DNA of 64,000 nucleotides, from NCBI GenBank assembly GCA_964577395.1, contig CAZNYQ010000006.1, positions 7,155-71,154 on the forward strand, in the 5' to 3' direction. The position numbers and the translations under genes were made by a program. The notes under the pieces are model-generated. The model saw nothing but the letters and a program-made list of their open reading frames with translations, made no database searches and was not told where the DNA came from. Position 1 is the stretch's first letter; every line of letters starts with the position of its first letter. Shown here in pieces: positions 37,055 through 47,336 of the stretch. The stretch is from an uncultured Candidatus Saccharibacteria bacterium. GTDB taxonomy: Bacteria > Patescibacteriota > Minisyncoccia > JBAYJV01.

Positions 37055-37489
37055 ATGAAAATTACCAGCTCTGTTTTTAAAAACAAAGGGAAAATTCCCG
37101 CTCAATATACTTGTGATGGTGAGAATATTAGTCCGCCATTGGAATTTTTGGATCTTCCTAGTCAAGCTAAAAGCTTTGCTTTAATTATGGATGATCCAGA
37201 TGCACCTGCTGGCATTTGGAATCATTGGTTAATTTGGCAAATTCAGCCAGGAACAACTGGGATTCAGGAAAATAGTTTGCCTCAAGGTGCGGTTGAAGGT
37301 GAGAATACATCAGGCAAGATTGGCTACAGCGGTCCTTGTCCTCCATCAGGGAGCCATCGCTACATCTTTAAACTATATGCTCTTAACGACCAGTTTGATT
37401 TAAAAGAAGGAGCAAAAAAACAAGTTCTAGAAAAAGCTTTACAGGGACATGTTCTTGAAGAAGCTCAATTAATTGGTTTTTATCGTTAA
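37055..37489 (+). CDS. YbhB/YbcL (PEBP) family protein
   Basis: YTCDGENISPPL, MDDPDAP, HW, YSGPCPPSGSHRY. Confidence 0.95.
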   Translation: MKITSSVFKNKGKIPAQYTCDGENISPPLEFLDLPSQAKSFALIMDDPDAPAGIWNHWLIWQIQPGTTGIQENSLPQGAVEGENTSGKIGYSGPCPPSGSHRYIFKLYALNDQFDLKEGAKKQVLEKALQGHVLEEAQLIGFYR

Positions 37490-37494
37490 AATAT

Positions 37495-37734
37495 ATGACA
37501 AAAGATCAAAAGCAATATTGTCAGGAAATTTATCATAAATGGGAAACTCTTGCGCAGGAAATTGATTTTAATAATCTTTCTCTTGTAACAGGAGGCGAAT
37601 ATGATGAAGGAGATGATGTTCCGGCTAACTTGAAGGAATATTTAAACATTACCAATGAGTTAAGCAAAGAATGTAAAAATTTATTAACTCCCCAGCAAGC
37701 TCTTGAGATAGAGGAAAAAGAAGATTTACTATAA
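37495..37734 (+). CDS. Hypothetical acidic protein (79 aa)
   Basis: Tightly packed in the operon between two clear genes. Confidence 0.7.
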   Translation: MTKDQKQYCQEIYHKWETLAQEIDFNNLSLVTGGEYDEGDDVPANLKEYLNITNELSKECKNLLTPQQALEIEEKEDLL

Positions 37735-37742
37735 TAGCTTAT

Positions 37743-39527
37743 ATGAGAAAAATATTTTTGTTTGTTTTTTTATTATTAGCAAGTTTTTGTTTGACTAATT
37801 TTTCTTTAGCTCAAGAGAAAATTACTAATTTTTATGTAACGGTTGAACTTAAACATGATAGCTCTGTTGCTATAGAAGAAGTTATTCAGTATGATTTTGG
37901 TGCTTCTCGGCACCACGGGATATATAGAGAAATTCCCGTTTCTTATCAAACTAGTAAGGGAAGACGCAGTATATCAATCTCTCAAGTTTTGGTAACTGAC
38001 AAAAATGATAATGAACTTCCCTCTAAAATTAGTTCAGAAGGTAAAAATTTAAAAATTAGAATTGGTGATCCTAATAAATACGTTTTAGGAGAAAAGTATT
38101 ACAGAATTAAGTATGTTGTTAAGCGAGCTATCAATTATTTTGATGATTACGATGAATTTTATTGGAATATAACAGGTAATGATTGGGATGTTCCTATTAA
38201 TCGAGCTTTTGCTAAAATAATCTTACCTGAAAGTATTCAAAGAAATAATCTTCAATTGGTTTGTTTTCAAGGCAGGCAAGGAAGCAAAGAAGAATGTAGT
38301 ATGATTACTCCAACAGGCAGTCAAAAAAATCAGATTAAAGAAATTATTTTTTCTCAATTTAGCTCATCTTTCAATGATCCAGGATTATCTAGACAAGAGG
38401 GACTAACGATAGTTGTTGGATTACCTAAAGGTATCTTAAAAGAGCCTAGTTTTTTTGAGAATTTTTTAAGCATAGTTTGGGATAATAAAATTGTTTTCTT
38501 ACCTTTGATAACCATTCTTTTTCTTTTCTGTTTTTGGTATAAAAAAGGGCGTGATCCTAAAGGAAGAGGTACTATTATTGCTCATTATGAAGCGCCCGAT
38601 GACCTAAGTCCTATTGAATTAGGAACGATTGTGGATGAAAGAGTTGACAGGAGGGATCTTTCAGCTGAAATAATACATTTAGCAGTTAATGGATATATTA
38701 GGATAAAGCGTCTTCAGAAAAAAACTTTAATTTTTAGCTGGGGAAATGATTATTTGCTTAAACAACTTAAAATAGGTGATACTTTAACAAAGGGTTTTCA
38801 AAGGGAACTTTTGGAAGATATTTTTAAAAAAGGGAAGCAATCAAAAGAAAAAGGAATTATTAGAGAAATAAAACTTTCAGAGCTTAAGAATAAGTTTTAT
38901 GCAGACAGTCAAAAACTAATAAGACTTATCTACAATAGAGTTGTGCAACAAGGCTATTTTGTTAAAAACCCTCGTAAGGTGAAGGGAACTTTTATAACTA
39001 TAAGTATTCTTATTGTTTTTATAGGACGTCCTTTCTTATTATCTATTTTATCCTCAACTGGCTTAATAGGAGAAATTAGTATGGCAATTTGCTCTATCGC
39101 TTTCTTTCTTTTCGGTTTAATAATGCCTAAAAAAACCAAGAAAGGTGTTCTTACGAAAGAGAAAATATTAGGCTTGAAAGAATATTTGGAAGTTGCTGAA
39201 AAAGCTAGAATAAAGTTTCATAATGCTCCTAAGAAGGATCCCCAATTATTTGAGAAACTTTTACCTTATGCTATGGTTCTTGAAGTAGAAAAAGAATGGG
39301 CAAGGCAGTTCGAGGGAATTTATAAAGGCAGTCCTTCTTGGTACGAAGACACAACATTTAATAGTTTTGCTCCTTTATATCTCATAAGTAGCATGCATGA
39401 TTTTTCTAAAAATACTAATGAAAATCTTTTTAGCTCCTCTCGAGGAGCAGCTGGTGGGCATAGCGGTTTTGGCGGTGGTGGTTTTTCAGGCGGTGGTTTT
39501 GGGGGAGGAGGCGGTGGTAGTTGGTAA
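37743..39527 (+). CDS. DUF2207 family membrane protein
   Basis: HGIYREIP, YWNITGNDW, KGRDP, FEKLLPYA, Gly-rich end GGGFGGGGGGSW. Confidence 0.92.
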   Translation: MRKIFLFVFLLLASFCLTNFSLAQEKITNFYVTVELKHDSSVAIEEVIQYDFGASRHHGIYREIPVSYQTSKGRRSISISQVLVTDKNDNELPSKISSEGKNLKIRIGDPNKYVLGEKYYRIKYVVKRAINYFDDYDEFYWNITGNDWDVPINRAFAKIILPESIQRNNLQLVCFQGRQGSKEECSMITPTGSQKNQIKEIIFSQFSSSFNDPGLSRQEGLTIVVGLPKGILKEPSFFENFLSIVWDNKIVFLPLITILFLFCFWYKKGRDPKGRGTIIAHYEAPDDLSPIELGTIVDERVDRRDLSAEIIHLAVNGYIRIKRLQKKTLIFSWGNDYLLKQLKIGDTLTKGFQRELLEDIFKKGKQSKEKGIIREIKLSELKNKFYADSQKLIRLIYNRVVQQGYFVKNPRKVKGTFITISILIVFIGRPFLLSILSSTGLIGEISMAICSIAFFLFGLIMPKKTKKGVLTKEKILGLKEYLEVAEKARIKFHNAPKKDPQLFEKLLPYAMVLEVEKEWARQFEGIYKGSPSWYEDTTFNSFAPLYLISSMHDFSKNTNENLFSSSRGAAGGHSGFGGGGFSGGGFGGGGGGSW

Positions 39528-39550
39528 TTTATTAAATTAAAAATATTTTT

Positions 39551-39880
39551 ATGAATTTTGAAGAATATCAAAAAAAATCAAGAGAGACAGCTCTGTATCC
39601 TAATTTGGGTAATAATTTTATTTATCCCACTTTGGGCTTATGTGGAGAAGCTGGTGAAGTAGCTGAGAAAATCAAGAAAATTATTCGAGATAATCATGGG
39701 AAGATTAACCAAGAAAGAAAAGTAATGTTAGAAAAAGAATTAGGGGATGTTCTGTGGTATTTGGCTAACTTATCAACAGAATTAGATTTATCTTTAAATA
39801 ATATTGCCCATAAAAATCTTGAAAAACTTGCTCAGCGACTTCAGAAAGGAACAGTCCATGGTGATGGGGATAATCGTTAA
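39551..39880 (+). CDS. MazG-like nucleoside triphosphate pyrophosphohydrolase
   Basis: LGLCGEAGEVAEKIKK, ELGDVLWY, GDGDNR. Confidence 0.93.
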   Translation: MNFEEYQKKSRETALYPNLGNNFIYPTLGLCGEAGEVAEKIKKIIRDNHGKINQERKVMLEKELGDVLWYLANLSTELDLSLNNIAHKNLEKLAQRLQKGTVHGDGDNR

Positions 39881-39965
39881 AGGCATATTTCTTTTTATTT
39901 TTTTTAAGTTATAATAAGATAAAAGGTCGAAATTTTAAGACACTTTTAAAGATATATTAAAATTT

Positions 39966-40172
39966 ATGAAAAAACTTGGTTATTTAGGATTTTTAGGATT
40001 ACTAGGCCTTATAGGACTTAGTGCTTCTAATTTTTATTATCTTTTCTTTCTATTTTTTATTTTCTTCTTGTTTTTCTTAAGTAAGGGCAAAAAGGGCCAT
40101 AAAAAAACAAGTGAACCTGTCGTTGATACAAAGCCAGAAACAGAAGAACCAGTCAAACCAGAAGAAGAATAA
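39966..40172 (+). CDS. Small membrane protein (DUF3796-like N-terminus)
   Basis: KLGYLGFLGLLG, Phe-rich second TM, acidic tail; terminator follows. Confidence 0.7.
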   Translation: MKKLGYLGFLGLLGLIGLSASNFYYLFFLFFIFFLFFLSKGKKGHKKTSEPVVDTKPETEEPVKPEEE

Positions 40173-40188
40173 ATAGGAAATGAATCTT

Positions 40189-40218
40189 TAAAAGAACCAG
40201 TAAAAACTGGTTCTTTTA
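40189..40218 (+). terminator. Intrinsic terminator
   Basis: taaaagaaccagt-aaaa-actggttctttta. Confidence 0.8.
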
Positions 40219-40322
40219 TTTATCTTGAAAAATGTTGACAAGTTACTAAGTGTGTGATAGGATACTGATAGTCTTAAGACTTATTTTTTAATAATTTGTA
40301 AAATTCATCAGATAATTAATTT

Positions 40323-41375
40323 ATGTCAAACAGTAATCCGAAGCTTAAGGAGGCTAAAGCTAAGCTACTTAAAGTTTTGCCAAAACGTTCGCGTGATGTT
40401 ATAACTCGTCGTTTTGGAATTAATAGAAAAAGAAAAGAAACTCTTGAATCTATTGGCCATACTTACGGTATTACTCGTGAGAGAGTTAGACAGATTGAAA
40501 ACGAAGCTCTTAAAATATTGCGAAAAAAAGATAGCTTAACACTTATCCAAAATTTATTGGATGATCTTGAAATTTTTATTTCAGAGCATGGTGGTTTAGT
40601 CAAAGAAAAAGATCTTTTAGAAGATTTTGTTATTTATATTGATCCTTCTGTCGATAAAATAAAATTCAGAGGCTTTATTTTGCTTTTATTAAATTTAAGC
40701 AAGGATTTTAAATATGCTCGGGAAAATGCAAAATTCCACAGCTTATGGTATACTAAAAAAAAGGCCTTGAATGAGGCAAGTTCTTTGATTACCGAACTTG
40801 TCAAGATATTTAAAAGAGAGAAAGCTCCACTTAGGGAAGCGGACTTAATTGCACGCTTAAAAAAGAATTTTCCTTTCTTCTCCCGTCAGGCTATTGTCTC
40901 ATATATTAATGCTTCTAAAACAATTGATCGTAATATCTTTAATGATTTAGGGCTAAGCAAGTGGTCTGAAATTAATCCTAAAGGAATTAAGGATAAAGCT
41001 TATCTAGTAGTCCAGAAAACACACAAACCCCTTCATTTTAGAGAAATTAGTGAGGCAATAAATAAGGCTAACTTTTCTAAAAGAATCGCTAATCCTCAAA
41101 CAGTTCATAATGAGCTTATTAAAGACAGTAGATTTGTTTTAGTAGGTAGGGGATTATATGCTTTAACGCAATGGGGCTATAGATCAGGTACAGTTAAAGA
41201 TATTTTAATTAATATTTTTCGAGAACAAAAAGAAAATGTTTTGCCAGAAGAAAAGCTCATTGCTTTAGTAATCCAAGAACGTTTTGTTAAAGAAAGCACT
41301 ATCCGCTTTAACCTTAAGAGCAATAAGGAATTTAAAGAAGTTCAAACTAAGCACTATACTTTGTTATTAAAATAA
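40323..41375 (+). CDS. Sigma70 region 4-like HTH protein with C-terminal winged-helix (HARE-HTH-like) domains
   Basis: RRFGI...ETLESIGHTYGITRERVRQIE; KPLHFREI...TVHNELIKDSRFVLVGRGLYAL; no sigma region 2. Confidence 0.85.
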   Translation: MSNSNPKLKEAKAKLLKVLPKRSRDVITRRFGINRKRKETLESIGHTYGITRERVRQIENEALKILRKKDSLTLIQNLLDDLEIFISEHGGLVKEKDLLEDFVIYIDPSVDKIKFRGFILLLLNLSKDFKYARENAKFHSLWYTKKKALNEASSLITELVKIFKREKAPLREADLIARLKKNFPFFSRQAIVSYINASKTIDRNIFNDLGLSKWSEINPKGIKDKAYLVVQKTHKPLHFREISEAINKANFSKRIANPQTVHNELIKDSRFVLVGRGLYALTQWGYRSGTVKDILINIFREQKENVLPEEKLIALVIQERFVKESTIRFNLKSNKEFKEVQTKHYTLLLK

Positions 41376-41437
41376 TATATAATTAAACATAAGGCCTTTG
41401 TCTCTATTTTAATTGTGGGAAAAGCAGTTTAAGTTAC

Positions 41438-42862
41438 ATGAATCTTTCAGATAAATTAAACAGTTTACAGGCCTTTATGCAGCCTTATTGGGGATGGGTT
41501 TATCTTGCTATTGGGCTGTTTTTGTTTTTTAAACTTTTTGGTATTCACAAGAAAATGCGTAAGCGTTTTCATGATTTTTGGGAAGATCTTTTCCTCTCAA
41601 AGCTAGAATATTGTTTATTAGAAATTAAAATTCCTCAGGCTCTAGAAAAAACTCCTTTAGGAATGGAGCAAGTCTTTGCAGGGTTGCATGGAACAGCTAG
41701 AGGAGTGACTAAATTTGAAGTTGAAGTTAAGGGTTACCTTGAAAGATCGTATAGCCTTGAAATTGCTAGTTTTGAAGGCAAGATCCATTTCTATATCAGA
41801 ACAGAGAGAGAATATAGAACAACTGTAGAAGCATTAATTTATGCTCAGTTTCCCGAGGTAGAAATTCAAGAAGTTGAAGATTATGTCCAAAACGCTCCTG
41901 AAGTCTTGCCTAACAAAGATATTAAATTAGCAGCTGGAGAGCTTATTTTAGAAAAACCAGATCCTTATCCTATTAAAAGTTATGAAAAGTTTGAATTTAG
42001 GGCTGGTAAAGAGGCAGAATATGTTATTGATCCTTTTGCAGGTATTATGGAAGCAATGAACAGTCTAGAAGAAGGAGAAGAAATGTGGCTTCACTATGTT
42101 ATGGGTATTCCCATGTTATCAGATTGGCGCAAAGAAGGAGAGGTTTTAGTAAATAAGTTAATGGGGAGAAATCAGGACAAAGGCGGTTTGGGTATTATTA
42201 GAAAACTTATTCATGAGATTTTGGGCTTTACTCCTCATTTTTCAAGTCGTTTAGAACATCTAGCAATAGGAGGACAATATAAGATACCTGAAGGAACATC
42301 TTTAAAAGAATCTGAGAAGAAATCTGAAATGGAAATGGGTTTATGGAAATTATCTCCCGGAGAAAGAGAGCTAGTAGAGGCAATTGAAAAAAATATTTCC
42401 AAGTTTGGTTTTTACACCATGATTCGCTTTGCATATTTTGCTCCCCGAGATATTTTTTCTGCCAGCAAAGCAAGCACTCTTATTGGAGCTTTTTATCAAT
42501 TTAATGATAGATATCTTAATAGTTTTACCACCAATAGCAACCTTGGCTATACGGTTAAGAAACCATATTTCTGGAGTTATTTTATGAAATATCTTAAGGT
42601 TAATTATTATCTTTTCTGGAAACATAAAAAAATTCCTTGGAAACCTGAAATTTTACAATCAATTCGTATGCTAGAGATATATAAATACTTTCAGAATCGT
42701 GGTTTTGGAAAACCAGACAGAGGTCATAAAGGTATGCTTTTAAATACAGAAGAATTAGCAACAATTTTTCACTTTCCTATGAGATCAGTTCTAACGCCAG
42801 AATTGCCTAAAGTAGAAGCTAAAAGAGGGGGACCTCCTGCTCGTTTACCTTCTGAAGAATAA
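41438..42862 (+). CDS. Membrane-anchored hypothetical protein, partner of the downstream ATPase
   Basis: N-terminal TM; LLEIKIP, SLEI, IYAQFPEVEI, LNTEELATIFHFP. Confidence 0.85.
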   Translation: MNLSDKLNSLQAFMQPYWGWVYLAIGLFLFFKLFGIHKKMRKRFHDFWEDLFLSKLEYCLLEIKIPQALEKTPLGMEQVFAGLHGTARGVTKFEVEVKGYLERSYSLEIASFEGKIHFYIRTEREYRTTVEALIYAQFPEVEIQEVEDYVQNAPEVLPNKDIKLAAGELILEKPDPYPIKSYEKFEFRAGKEAEYVIDPFAGIMEAMNSLEEGEEMWLHYVMGIPMLSDWRKEGEVLVNKLMGRNQDKGGLGIIRKLIHEILGFTPHFSSRLEHLAIGGQYKIPEGTSLKESEKKSEMEMGLWKLSPGERELVEAIEKNISKFGFYTMIRFAYFAPRDIFSASKASTLIGAFYQFNDRYLNSFTTNSNLGYTVKKPYFWSYFMKYLKVNYYLFWKHKKIPWKPEILQSIRMLEIYKYFQNRGFGKPDRGHKGMLLNTEELATIFHFPMRSVLTPELPKVEAKRGGPPARLPSEE

Positions 42863-42883
42863 TATCAGATCTCTTCTAAATTT

Positions 42884-44542
42884 ATGAAAGATCAAATTAC
42901 ATCATTTGCAGAAACAAATTTTAGAAATAGACGTCGTAAGTTTGGTATTAAAACTGACGATCGTCGCCGTCATATGTATATGGTTGGTAAGACAGGTGTC
43001 GGTAAAACAACCTTATTAGAAAATATGGCTATTTCAGATATTAGAAATGGCAATGGCGTTGCTATCGTTGATCCTCACGGAGAATTTGCCGATAAAATGA
43101 TAGATTTTGTTCCTAAATCTCGTGTTAATGATGTAATATATTTTAATCCTGGTGATCTTCATTATCCGATTGCTTTAAATGTTATTGAAAGAGTTCCCTT
43201 AGAACAACGACACTTAGTTGCTTCTGGTTTAGTAGGTGTTTTTAAAAAGATCTGGGCTGATTCTTGGGGACCTAGATTAGAATATCTTTTAAGAAATACT
43301 ATTCTTTCGTTATTAGAATATCCAAATAGCACTTTATTAGGTATTATGCGTGTTTTGGTTGATAAAGAATACAGAAGTAAAATTATTGAGAAAGTAGAAG
43401 ACCCGGTTGTTAAAAGTTTTTGGCTAGAAGAATTTCAAAAGTACCCCGATAGATTTTTAGCAGAAGCTGTTTCTCCTATTCAGAATAAGGTTGGTCAGTT
43501 TTTAACTAGTCCCTTGATTAGAAATATTGTTGGCCAGACAAAATCTACTATTAATATCCGGGAAGTAATGGATGAAGGTAAGATATTGATTATGAATTTA
43601 TCTAAAGGTCGGGTTGGAGAGGACAATTCAGCTCTTTTAGGCGCAATGATGATTACAAGATTACAGTTAGCTGCAATGAGCCGTATTGAGATCCCTATGG
43701 AAAAAAGGCGTGATTTTTATCTTTACGTTGATGAATTTCAAAACTTTGCCACTGAATCTTTTGCAAATATTCTTTCAGAAGCTCGTAAATACCGTCTTAA
43801 TTTAATTTTAGCTCATCAATACATTAATCAATTAGAAGAGCCGGTTAGAGATGCTGTATTTGGTAATGTGGGTACTTTAATATCTTTTCGTGTGGGAGCC
43901 GAAGATGCCGAGTTTCTTGAAAAAGAATTACAACCTGAATTTAATGCAAGTGATCTTGTTAATTTAACCAAGTTTGATATTTATTTGAAACTTATGATTG
44001 ACGGTATTGCTTCGCGGCCTTTTTCAGCAACCACCTTACCACCTTATCCATATCCTGATAAAAATTGTCGCGACAAAGTTATTAGAGTAAGTCGAGAAAG
44101 ATACACATCTCGAAGAGAAGAGGTGGAAGAAAAAATATCTAAGTGGAGTGGTGTTGGAAAAAAGGCTCTTGAACTAGAGAAGAAAAAGAACAAAAAGAAA
44201 CTTTATGAAGCAACTTGTTCGTATTGTGGCAAAAAAGCCAAAGTTCCTTTTAAACCTGATAATACTAGACCTATTTATTGTGATGAGTGTCTAACAAAAA
44301 TTCAAGCCGGTGAAATTCAACCTTTAAAGACAATTGATGATATGAAAAAGAAACCGATTGAGAAAAAAAATTCTCAAGAAGAATTAAAAAAAGAAAATTC
44401 TAATCAAATAATACAAAATAAAGAAGCTAAAAAATCATCTCATCAAGAGAGAAGAACAGTCTCTCAAAAAGAAGAAGAAAAAAACCGGCAGGCATTGAGG
44501 AATACCCTAAAAGATATTCTTGCAGAAAGAGATAAAAATTGA
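42884..44542 (+). CDS. VirD4/TraG/HerA-like P-loop ATPase with CxxC-x17-CxxC domain
   Basis: DDRRRHMYMVGKTGVGKT, DPHGE, YVDEFQNF, SEARKY; CSYC-x17-CDEC. Confidence 0.9.
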   Translation: MKDQITSFAETNFRNRRRKFGIKTDDRRRHMYMVGKTGVGKTTLLENMAISDIRNGNGVAIVDPHGEFADKMIDFVPKSRVNDVIYFNPGDLHYPIALNVIERVPLEQRHLVASGLVGVFKKIWADSWGPRLEYLLRNTILSLLEYPNSTLLGIMRVLVDKEYRSKIIEKVEDPVVKSFWLEEFQKYPDRFLAEAVSPIQNKVGQFLTSPLIRNIVGQTKSTINIREVMDEGKILIMNLSKGRVGEDNSALLGAMMITRLQLAAMSRIEIPMEKRRDFYLYVDEFQNFATESFANILSEARKYRLNLILAHQYINQLEEPVRDAVFGNVGTLISFRVGAEDAEFLEKELQPEFNASDLVNLTKFDIYLKLMIDGIASRPFSATTLPPYPYPDKNCRDKVIRVSRERYTSRREEVEEKISKWSGVGKKALELEKKKNKKKLYEATCSYCGKKAKVPFKPDNTRPIYCDECLTKIQAGEIQPLKTIDDMKKKPIEKKNSQEELKKENSNQIIQNKEAKKSSHQERRTVSQKEEEKNRQALRNTLKDILAERDKN

Positions 44543-44596
44543 CATTGTTTTTTTTATCATTTACAATGATTGTTAACTTTTAAATTAAGAAAAAAT

Positions 44597-44974
44597 ATGC
44601 AAGCTGTTATTAAAACTGGCGGAAGACAATATTTAGTTAAAAAAGGCCAAAAAATTAAAATTCAGAAGGTTGATCAAAAAGTTGGTACTTCGATTAATTT
44701 TGATAATATCTTTCTACTTTTTGACGAAAAAGAGGATTTTTTTAAGATTGGCAAGCCAATTCTTAAAGCTCAAGTGACGGGTAAAATATTAGAACATAGC
44801 AAGGATAAGAAAGTAACAATTTTTAAGTATAAGCCTAAAAAGAGATATAAAGTTAAGAAAGGTCATCGGCAACCCTATACTTTAGTTGAAATTACTAAAG
44901 TATCTCAATCTTCTTCTACTAAGAGTAAAAAAAATAGCCAAGCTAAGAAAAAACTTTCTTCTGGAAAAGCTTAG
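44597..44974 (+). CDS. rplU: 50S ribosomal protein L21
   Basis: MQAVIKTGGRQYLV, KYKPKKRY, GHRQPYT; ATG 44597 preferred to TTG 44570. Confidence 0.97.
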   Translation: MQAVIKTGGRQYLVKKGQKIKIQKVDQKVGTSINFDNIFLLFDEKEDFFKIGKPILKAQVTGKILEHSKDKKVTIFKYKPKKRYKVKKGHRQPYTLVEITKVSQSSSTKSKKNSQAKKKLSSGKA

Positions 44975-44980
44975 TCTTTG

Positions 44981-45027
44981 ATGTATTTAAAAAATATATT
45001 CTTACGCGAATATATTTTTTAATACAT
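44981..45027. terminator. AT-rich inverted repeat between convergent rplU and recR
   Basis: ttaaaaaatatattc / gaatatattttttaa, extended by atgta/tacat. Confidence 0.65.
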
Positions 45028-45033
45028 ATTTTT

Positions 45034-45660
45034 TTAATATTTCCTTCTTTGTAGAAAAGCTTCCTTAAGAGTGTCTTTGTCTGCGTACTGAAGTTCTCCT
45101 CCCGTAGGAATACCTCGCGCTAAACGACTTAAGTGCATCTGTGATTTCTTTAATTTTTCTTTTAAGTAATTAACCGTTAAATCACCTTCTCGGGTAGGAT
45201 TAATCGCTAGAATAAGTTCAGGTTTTTGCTTATTTTTTTCTAACTGTTGAAGGCGGTAAAACAATCTTTTAAAAGTCAGTTTTTGCATGCTTTTATCTTT
45301 GGGAGGATTAATAAGACCTCCTAATACATGATAGACACCGTTATAGAAGTGCATGTTTTCAATTTTTTCGATATCAGAAATTTTTTCGACAAGAAGAATT
45401 TTTGATTGATCTCTTTTAGGATCTTGGCAGATTTTACACAGGGAAGGCTTGCGAGAAGAAGATTTTTGGGCAATGTTATAACATTGCGAGCATAGAGTAA
45501 TATCTTTTTTGAGATGGCTTAAATTCTTAGCCAGCCTATCTATATCAGTTTTTGGTTGTTTTAGAAAGTGAAAAACATATCGGGTTGCTGCTCTTTCTCC
45601 AACACCTGGTAAGCTACTGAATGATTTAATAAGATTTTTAATAAGTTGAGGATACATCAA
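45034..45660 (-). CDS. recR: Recombination mediator RecR
   Basis: LPGVG HhH, C4 zinc finger, YHVLGG, EGDLT, RLARGIPTGGELQYAD. Confidence 0.96.
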   Translation of the reverse strand: MMYPQLIKNLIKSFSSLPGVGERAATRYVFHFLKQPKTDIDRLAKNLSHLKKDITLCSQCYNIAQKSSSRKPSLCKICQDPKRDQSKILLVEKISDIEKIENMHFYNGVYHVLGGLINPPKDKSMQKLTFKRLFYRLQQLEKNKQKPELILAINPTREGDLTVNYLKEKLKKSQMHLSRLARGIPTGGELQYADKDTLKEAFLQRRKY

Positions 45661-45717
45661 AATTAGTTAATTTTCATTTATATGTTACTTCTTAATATTA
45701 CTGTTTGCAATTAAGCT

Positions 45718-47163
45718 TTACATTGGTGGCTGTATTTCATCTGAAGGAAACTCAATCTCTTCTGCCTCACCGGGCCGCTTAGCCATAGATTCATAGGAAG
45801 CCCATTTTTCTTTGAAAACAACAGGAACATTTCCAGTAGGACCATTTCTATTTTTAGCAACGATAACTTGACCTTCGGGACTTAAACCAACTTCTGGCGG
45901 AGCTTTTTCTTCTCTGTAGATAAACATAACTACGTCTGAATCCTGTTCAATTGAACCGCTTTCACGTAAGTCAGACAATTTAGGGATAGAATAAGATCGA
46001 TGTTCAACAGCACGGGAAAGTTGAGATAAAGCTAACACAGGAACATCAAGCTCTCTTGCTAGAGCCTTAAGAGATCGTGAAATTTGAGAAATTTCTTGAG
46101 TTCTGCTATCTGTTTTAGTGGCTGGCTCCATAAGCTGCAGATAATCGACAATTATGAGGCCAAGATCTGTTTGGGCTTGAAGTCTTCTTGCCATTGCCCT
46201 CATCTGCAAGACATTGCTTGACATACCGTCGTCTATGTATATGGGAGCGCGCGAGAGTTGATCTAAACTTTGTTGGATTGCATCAAAATCATGATCGGCT
46301 AAGTTACCAGTGCGCAGTTTCCAAAGATCAATGCGGCCCCTCTTAGCGATAAGACGATCAACTAATTGATCTGTTGACATTTCTAGACTGAAGATACCAA
46401 CTGCTTTTTTTTCTTGAGAGGCAACATTTTGAGCAATATCAAGAGCAAGAGATGTTTTACCGATACGAGGTCTTGATGCTAAGGTAATTAAATCAGTTTT
46501 TTGCAAGCCTGATAAATATCTACTGTCAAGATCTTGAAAACCAGTGGCTACACCACGAAGTTTTTTATCTTTTGTTTGATGTAATCTATCAAAACGAGCA
46601 AAAGCCTCAGTTAAAGGTTCTTTAATAGAGGCAAATTCTTGAGTAAATGATTGTTGAGCTATTGAAAAAACTTTTTTCTCTGCCGCGTCTAAAATCTGTT
46701 CAATTTCAGCGTCTTCGTTATATCCTAATTGAGCTAAATAGAAAGAAGCGTCAATAATATCGCGTAGAACTTTCTTTTTAGAAACTATCTTAGCATAGCT
46801 ATATACATGGCTTGAAGTAGGAACTGCATTGACTAATCCAGCTAAATATGTTCTTCCTCCAATACTCTCTAATTGTCCTTTTTCCTCTAATTTAGCTGAG
46901 ACGCTAAGAAGATCAATTGATTCCTGTTGATTAAAAAGTTCTAAAATAGCAGTATAAATTAATTGATGATTTCTTTTATAAAAACTTTCTGATTTTAAAA
47001 AATCTCCTATTCTAATGATAGCATTTTTATCTATCATTAAAGCTCCTAGGACAGATTGTTCAGCTTCAATATTTTGAGGAGGAAGGTGGTTATCTATTGT
47101 TTGACTATTTAAAGCTTGAAGGTTAACATTGATATTATTATTTTTGTTAGCTTTTTTGTTCAT
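45718..47163 (-). CDS. dnaB: Replicative DNA helicase
   Basis: PPQNIEAEQSVLG, RPRIGKT, FSLEM, IVDYLQL, LSQLSR, DLRESGSIEQD, KNRNGPTG. Confidence 0.98.
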   Translation of the reverse strand: MNKKANKNNNINVNLQALNSQTIDNHLPPQNIEAEQSVLGALMIDKNAIIRIGDFLKSESFYKRNHQLIYTAILELFNQQESIDLLSVSAKLEEKGQLESIGGRTYLAGLVNAVPTSSHVYSYAKIVSKKKVLRDIIDASFYLAQLGYNEDAEIEQILDAAEKKVFSIAQQSFTQEFASIKEPLTEAFARFDRLHQTKDKKLRGVATGFQDLDSRYLSGLQKTDLITLASRPRIGKTSLALDIAQNVASQEKKAVGIFSLEMSTDQLVDRLIAKRGRIDLWKLRTGNLADHDFDAIQQSLDQLSRAPIYIDDGMSSNVLQMRAMARRLQAQTDLGLIIVDYLQLMEPATKTDSRTQEISQISRSLKALARELDVPVLALSQLSRAVEHRSYSIPKLSDLRESGSIEQDSDVVMFIYREEKAPPEVGLSPEGQVIVAKNRNGPTGNVPVVFKEKWASYESMAKRPGEAEEIEFPSDEIQPPM

Positions 47164-47284
47164 TAGTTTTAGTTTAGCAGAAAGCTTTTAATAAAAAAAA
47201 CTTTTTATATTTTTAATTGATTTTAAAAGGAATAAAGATATTTTTTTTGACATGGAATAAAAAAAATTTTATATTATAAACATT

Positions 47285-47336
47285 TGAGGATAAAATACCT
47301 TTAAAATAGGATAAATTGTGGATAAGTTGTTAATAA
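47285..47336. promoter_or_regulatory. DnaA-box cluster upstream of dnaB
   Basis: Perfect tgtggataa at 47317-47325; one-mismatch tgaggataa at 47285-47293; weaker matches near 47306 and 47328. Confidence 0.55.

Noticed and set aside
42884-44542. Conjugative element or ICE
   Set aside because: No integrase, relaxase, virB genes or flanking att repeats seen
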